Origin: Patescibacteria group bacterium
GTDB lineage: Bacteria; Patescibacteriota; Minisyncoccia; Phycocordibacterales; UBA2100
Direction of reading: 5' to 3'
Assembly (NCBI GenBank): GCA_038064835.1
Contig: JBBTSD010000001.1
Coordinates: forward strand, 170,361 to 234,360
Length of the DNA stretch: 64,000 nucleotides
The notes below the pieces were generated by a model. It was not told where the DNA came from. It worked only from the letters and a program-made list of their open reading frames with translations, and ran no database searches. Numbering within the stretch: the stretch's first letter is position 1; every line of letters begins with the position of its first letter. Position numbers and translations under genes: made by a program. Shown one piece after another: positions 59,552-64,000 of the stretch.

Positions 59552-60555
59552 AAACATTCACATTCCATGTCTCTGGCACCCATTGTCCCTCATGCAAAAT
59601 CTTCATTGAAGACACCCTGAACGAACACAGTGGTGTTCAGAGTACCGTGGTAGATTTGAAACAAAAAACGGTAACGATTAACACCACCCTTGATGAGAGT
59701 CAGCAAAATCTCGCCGAGATGCTGACCGAAAAAATAAAGCACAACGGCTACTCACTTTCGGTAGAGATGCAGTCTACAGAGAAAAAAGATGCCGGGGTCA
59801 TATGGCACGCTTTGCCTATTGGCTTGGCACTTCTGGCTCTTTTTTTCGTCGTCCAAAAATCCGGGATTTTGAACTTTGGATTAGGCGGAACAGTAACCCC
59901 AGCCACGAGTTTTATCATCGGTCTTGTTGCGTCTGTCTCGAGTTGTCTCGCGGTCGTTGGAGGGCTTGTTCTCTCTCTTTCTGCAACGGTGTCTCAGGAC
60001 ACGATAAGTGATGTAAAGCCGATGATACTTTTCCACGCAGGCCGTCTAATCAGTTTTGCCGTTCTTGGCGGTGTGCTCGGTGCCATTGGAAGTGCCATTG
60101 GTATCAGTTTTACCGCAACGCTAATCCTCGGGATTATCGCATCACTTGTGATGATTGTGTTGGGACTTAATCTGGTAGGAGTATTTGAGAAAAACATGAT
60201 TGCGCTACCTTCTGGAATTTTCAGCTTCTTCCGTAAGCTAGAACACAAGACAATAGCACCATTTCTGGTTGGTGTGGGCACATTTTTCCTGCCGTGCGGA
60301 TTTACTCAGGCGATGCAAGTTGCGGCACTTTCAAGCGGTTCATTTGTCTCGGGGCTTCTCCTCATGACAGCGTTCGCTGTCGGCACACTACCAATGCTCG
60401 CTCTCCTGTCGTTCGGCTCTGCGTCGTTCGCGCACTCAAAACACGCCCCACTTTTCTTCAAATCTGCAGGAGTGCTTGTGGTTGGTCTTGGGACTTTTGC
60501 ATTTCTGGCGGGACTGGCCGGGCTCGGTATTATCAATCCTTTATTTAACATCTAA
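59548..60555 (+). CDS. HMA-domain fused TauE/SafE-like (or DsbD-like) membrane permease, probable metal exporter
   Basis: From ATG 59548: N-terminal heavy-metal-associated domain (GTHCPSCK), then about 6 TM helices that are Gly/Ala/Leu-rich. 4-nt overlap with the upstream gene. Confidence 0.6.
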   Translation: MKTFTFHVSGTHCPSCKIFIEDTLNEHSGVQSTVVDLKQKTVTINTTLDESQQNLAEMLTEKIKHNGYSLSVEMQSTEKKDAGVIWHALPIGLALLALFFVVQKSGILNFGLGGTVTPATSFIIGLVASVSSCLAVVGGLVLSLSATVSQDTISDVKPMILFHAGRLISFAVLGGVLGAIGSAIGISFTATLILGIIASLVMIVLGLNLVGVFEKNMIALPSGIFSFFRKLEHKTIAPFLVGVGTFFLPCGFTQAMQVAALSSGSFVSGLLLMTAFAVGTLPMLALLSFGSASFAHSKHAPLFFKSAGVLVVGLGTFAFLAGLAGLGIINPLFNI

Positions 60556-60571
60556 TTATAGTGATTGGTCT

Positions 60572-60970
60572 ATGCAAAAAAATATAATCATATCGATAGT
60601 TATGAGCGGCACCCTCATTGCCGGAACCATTTACTTTGTTTCTGACAAGTCAGCAAATCCCGATGGAGAAGTCGCACAATCACAAAATAGTGAAATAAAA
60701 GACGGTGTACAGTACATAACCATTACCGCAAAAGGTGGTTATTTCCCACATGTCACTGAAATCAAAGGAGGATTGCCTACCAAGCTGATCGTAAGGACCG
60801 ATGGTACATACGATTGTTCGGCAGCGCTTGTGATTCGCTCTGTTGGTTTCCAAAAGATATTGCAACCGACCGGCGAGGAGATAATAGATTTAGGCACTCC
60901 AAAATCTGGAGATACAGTGCAGGGTGTGTGCGGAATGGGTATGTACAATTTTCAGATTGAAGTTAGTTAA
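60572..60970 (+). CDS. small membrane-anchored exported protein (possible cupredoxin-like accessory protein of the copper island)
   Basis: 132 aa from ATG 60572, N-terminal TM, then a beta-rich domain with a Cys pair. No canonical copper-site motif resolved. Confidence 0.4.
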   Translation: MQKNIIISIVMSGTLIAGTIYFVSDKSANPDGEVAQSQNSEIKDGVQYITITAKGGYFPHVTEIKGGLPTKLIVRTDGTYDCSAALVIRSVGFQKILQPTGEEIIDLGTPKSGDTVQGVCGMGMYNFQIEVS

Positions 60971-62213
60971 CCCCTGACGCTTTGAGGTATTCATCGAAGA
61001 ATTGTTTGCAACCAACATCAGTTTGCGCGGTAGAGCCGTGACCACAGCCATCACCGGCAGGATCGGGCTTTCCGCAGAGCATGCCGTGACAATGGTAATA
61101 ATCGCATTTGTCAGGCTTTGCCAGGTGGAGCGCGGTGGGGAAGTTTCTCTGACGAGCTTCGTTCTCTTTTTTGATTTGATTCAGACGCGCTTGAATCTGT
61201 GCCTGCACATCACGCAATTCTTGCTCGAGCGCGCTTTTCTCACCCTGCTTCCTTGTAAGGAGATTCTTGTAGAAGTCCAGGCTCGCTTCGATTGCTACTT
61301 TGCGCTCGGCGCGCAACGCATTCAATGCTCCTTCAAACTGCGTTTTTGTGGCCTCTGGCGGTATATACGTGTCTACATCCGCGAGATCACGCTCGAGCGG
61401 ACTCATGCGCTTTTTGATATTTTCGATACTCGTATCCACTGATTGGATTTCGAGCACAATAGCGGCAGCTCTCTGACGAAGTGCAGACAAATCGCTATCG
61501 GTGTCAGAGCTGATCATCTTACAATTCATGAGCTCAACAGGGGCTGAGGCGACTCCTTCCTCGTTATTCCCGCCTGCTGTGCGTGGCGGGTCAGTAAACT
61601 TCTCGCTTCCCGTAGGGGGGTTGCAAGCCTTTTCGCGTGCGTCCAAACCGGCAAGCGCAGCGTTGAGGGCGGCACGCATCGTCTGGGTATCCTGCGTGAA
61701 CTGATTTTGCGTAGTTGCCATTGATGCGTCGTACGCATCAAAACATGCCTTGGTGTCAGACTGCTCGTAGGGCACATCGGTCTTTGGGGGGTTTGCAGCA
61801 CGGCACTGAGCCAGCGCATCTCGTGCTGTCTTATAGGTGTTATACGCTTCTTCGCGCTTCTGGAAATATGTCTGAAATTCAGCATGCGGTGCATTGTCAG
61901 GTGGCGACTTGATACTGTTGTAATGTGCGACAGCGGCATCGCGTGCTGCTTGTGCGTCTGCACAAGGGTCCACAGGCTTTGCGTTTAGACACTGGCTGAG
62001 GCGATCCTCTGTCGCCGCTCTCTCATCGGCAAAAATCTCCACACTGGCAGAAACTCCCGAGTCATACGCTACCTGGAGGCTCGTGCGGGCCTCGTCGATG
62101 GCGTTACATGCCACTGTTTCTGCATTAAAACCCTGAAGGTATGCTATGACCCCCACGACGATCGCTGCGGCGGTTGCCACGGCTGCAATTGTTTTTGTAT
62201 TCATAGTAGCCAC
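60963..62213 (-). CDS. exported coiled-coil protein with Cys-rich C-terminus, function unknown
   Basis: 416 aa, N-terminal TM/signal, long Ala/Gln/Glu-rich helical region, C-terminal CDYYHCHGMLCGKPDPAGDGCGHG cluster. Confidence 0.55.
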   Translation of the reverse strand: MATMNTKTIAAVATAAAIVVGVIAYLQGFNAETVACNAIDEARTSLQVAYDSGVSASVEIFADERAATEDRLSQCLNAKPVDPCADAQAARDAAVAHYNSIKSPPDNAPHAEFQTYFQKREEAYNTYKTARDALAQCRAANPPKTDVPYEQSDTKACFDAYDASMATTQNQFTQDTQTMRAALNAALAGLDAREKACNPPTGSEKFTDPPRTAGGNNEEGVASAPVELMNCKMISSDTDSDLSALRQRAAAIVLEIQSVDTSIENIKKRMSPLERDLADVDTYIPPEATKTQFEGALNALRAERKVAIEASLDFYKNLLTRKQGEKSALEQELRDVQAQIQARLNQIKKENEARQRNFPTALHLAKPDKCDYYHCHGMLCGKPDPAGDGCGHGSTAQTDVGCKQFFDEYLKASGVN

Positions 62214-62286
62214 AGTATATCCCTCGGCGCGATTTGCTCAATATCGCCTACAGTCAACCGCCATTGTGTTGTGGTACCCTAGATAT

Positions 62287-62721
62287 ATGAACACAAAAGT
62301 GAAATCTAAGGCTGGTGGGAAAGAGGCAGAGGCCAAGGTGCCAACGGATCTGCGCACCACCCTTGCGGCGACTCCAAAAGTTTTGGCGTTGTGGCAGAGC
62401 CTTACACCGATTGCGCGCAGGGACTGGATTAGCTGGATAGATTCGGCAAAACAAGCCGAGACGCGTACACGACGGATCGAGCAAACCGCATCGAAGCTTA
62501 TATCTGGAAAGCGACGACCTTGCTGCTACGCACTGGTGCCAATGAATTTATACAAAGCGTTGGGGGCAAGTCCGAAAGCAAAGGCCCAATGGAAAACGCT
62601 TACACCAACCGAACGCAGAGATTTTATTGGTTGGATAGATGTGGCAAAGGAATCGGAAGCGCATAAAATCCGCATCGCAAAAGTTTGCGCACTGCTTTCA
62701 GCAGGAAAGCGGCATTTCTGA
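62287..62721 (+). CDS. YdeI/OmpD-associated (OmdA-domain) protein with internal tandem duplication
   Basis: 144 aa from ATG 62287. Two repeats of L..W..LTP..RRD(W/F)I.WID.AK..E.....I......L..GKR. Confidence 0.55.
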   Translation: MNTKVKSKAGGKEAEAKVPTDLRTTLAATPKVLALWQSLTPIARRDWISWIDSAKQAETRTRRIEQTASKLISGKRRPCCYALVPMNLYKALGASPKAKAQWKTLTPTERRDFIGWIDVAKESEAHKIRIAKVCALLSAGKRHF

Positions 62722-62842
62722 CCCATCCTTATTTGTTGTCGAACACGAGACAGGGGACCTCGAGGATTTTGAACTTGCCAAACTGATAAAATTGTTATAC
62801 GGTCTTTCCGGCAATAGAAGACAATAAGAGGATAGAGAAGTC

Positions 62843-63403
62843 ATGGACATAGCACAGTTTGCCCCCCAACTCTTGTGGGGTGGCATCGGGGCAATCGTCG
62901 CTACCGGCCTTTTCGCCATCATTGTCGTGCTTGTTGGCGGATTCAACGAATTCACGGTAAGGGCGCTCGCAAGCACATTTGTGCTGGGCTACTACTGCCT
63001 CACTATGGTGGCCACATTCGGTCAGGGGCCGACCTTTCTCGTGCTCTCAACGATGGGCGCGATGATTGCCGGATTTGGTCTCTTGCTCACGCTACCAGTA
63101 ATCTGGGCCAGAAAATTTGACATGGGGGAGGCCACTTTCAAGATTGTGTTTTCGCTCGCAGTAGTCGCCTTCGGCCTCGCGCTTGGGTGCATCAACTTCC
63201 GCATGGCAGGGACATCACCCTTGGGGGTTTCTGTGATGATGGGGGCTGTCGCTACCGTGGCGGTGGTTACGCTCATGATGCTGAGTATCATCACCAATGG
63301 TCTACGCACCACCGGCGAAGGGTTCATGCGCGTCTTAATCGCACTTGCCATTCTGATGGTCATGCTCAGTATTTTGAATCCAGTCATAGGCAAGATGGCC
63401 TGA
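62843..63403 (+). CDS. hypothetical membrane protein (6 TM)
   Basis: 186 aa, hydrophobic. No motif. Confidence 0.5.
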   Translation: MDIAQFAPQLLWGGIGAIVATGLFAIIVVLVGGFNEFTVRALASTFVLGYYCLTMVATFGQGPTFLVLSTMGAMIAGFGLLLTLPVIWARKFDMGEATFKIVFSLAVVAFGLALGCINFRMAGTSPLGVSVMMGAVATVAVVTLMMLSIITNGLRTTGEGFMRVLIALAILMVMLSILNPVIGKMA

Positions 63404-63412
63404 GACAGAATA

Positions 63413-63437
63413 AGCCCCGGTTAATCCGGGGTTTTCT
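63413..63437 (+). terminator. rho-independent terminator
   Basis: CCCCGG ttaat CCGGGG followed by TTTTCTCC. Confidence 0.7.
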
Positions 63438-63492
63438 CCATGTCGCAAGATCGTCCTATTGTATCTAAAACCGGTTGCTATACTGGATGTCA

Positions 63493-64000
63493 ATGAGTTT
63501 GGTAGTCGGTAGTACGCGACGAAATCTAATCGCCCTGGCTTTCTTTCTGTTCTTCTACGGTGCGTTTGGAGCTCTTCTTTTTTTCAAGCAAGAGTCTATC
63601 GTGTATCAGCCATGGCCTCAGGATTTTGATAATTGCCCTGCGCTCACAAGTGCTGAGCGGGTAACGCATCAAGACACTCGGATATATTTTAAAAACAATG
63701 GGCCAAAGATCGTGGTCATTTATCACGGGAACGCAGGATCTGCGTGCGACAGGGCATTTATGGCATCATTTTTCGAACAGTACGGATATTCGTACGCATT
63801 AGTCGAATACGCAGGGTATTCAAACGATGCGGTTTCGCCTCGACACGATCGGGTCAAAAAAGATGTCGAGCATATAGTTTCTTTTCTGGAGGAGCACGAA
63901 TTTCGGCAAGTGATGGTTGTGGGTGAGAGTATTGGTACGGGTGCAGCTGCATTTCATGCAGCTATTAAGTCGCCATCGAAACTCGTTCTGATCTCGCCGT
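63493..64000 (+). CDS. alpha/beta-hydrolase fold protein (5' partial; continues beyond window)
   Basis: N-terminal TM, HGNAGS oxyanion-hole-like segment and GESIGTG nucleophile elbow (G-x-S-x-G). Open to the window end. Confidence 0.6.
   Translation, partial: MSLVVGSTRRNLIALAFFLFFYGAFGALLFFKQESIVYQPWPQDFDNCPALTSAERVTHQDTRIYFKNNGPKIVVIYHGNAGSACDRAFMASFFEQYGYSYALVEYAGYSNDAVSPRHDRVKKDVEHIVSFLEEHEFRQVMVVGESIGTGAAAFHAAIKSPSKLVLISP

Overview
The window reads as a moderate-GC (about 50%) bacterial chromosome with short intergenic regions, many polytopic membrane proteins and one giant surface protein. This profile fits a small-genome lineage such as Patescibacteria/CPR, but the lineage call is inference only. 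From start to end the main blocks are: (1) Two overlapping paralogous HEPN-motif (Rx4-6H) genes that are translationally coupled to guaA. (2) A 14-gene type IV pilus / competence-pilus block (pilM-N-O-(P)-pilB, a CheY-like receiver, pilT, pilC, pilA, pilD and four minor pilins) with comF next to it. (3) Housekeeping genes ligA and gatC-gatA, then a membrane protein with a C-terminal HEPN/DUF4145-like motif. (4) A tRNA cluster (initiator-like tRNA-Met, a second CAT tRNA, and Asp), where the tRNA-fMet gene is followed by a 154-nt strongly structured element. This element is closed by a 14-bp helix and carries an 18-nt exact duplicate of the tRNA 3' end. It is either an att-site duplication or a tRNA-top-half-like RNA. 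(5) An indoleamine 2,3-dioxygenase-like gene convergent with pterin-4a-carbinolamine dehydratase, an AsnA/EpmA-like class II aminoacyl-tRNA-synthetase core paralog, and queA-tgt. (6) tRNA-Thr followed by a 1044-aa secreted multidomain protein whose peptidoglycan-binding module is duplicated as a small upstream gene fragment, then a GC-rich membrane gene. (7) sppA, prfB, ftsEX, pyrG, msrA and neighbours. (8) A low-GC accessory island immediately downstream of tRNA-Gln. It holds a ParB-fold nuclease-like gene, an IS1/IS1595-type transposase N-terminal remnant, a class-I Fic toxin with a small upstream SxxxEG antitoxin-like gene, three copies of a 29-bp repeat placed exactly after cassette stop codons, iteron-like repeats, and a 165-bp palindromic MITE-like element. 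(9) A copper island (CsoR with a matching operator palindrome, multicopper oxidase, CopA P1B-ATPase, YVTN beta-propeller, HXXEE protein, HMA-TauE-like exporter). No rRNA or CRISPR arrays were seen.
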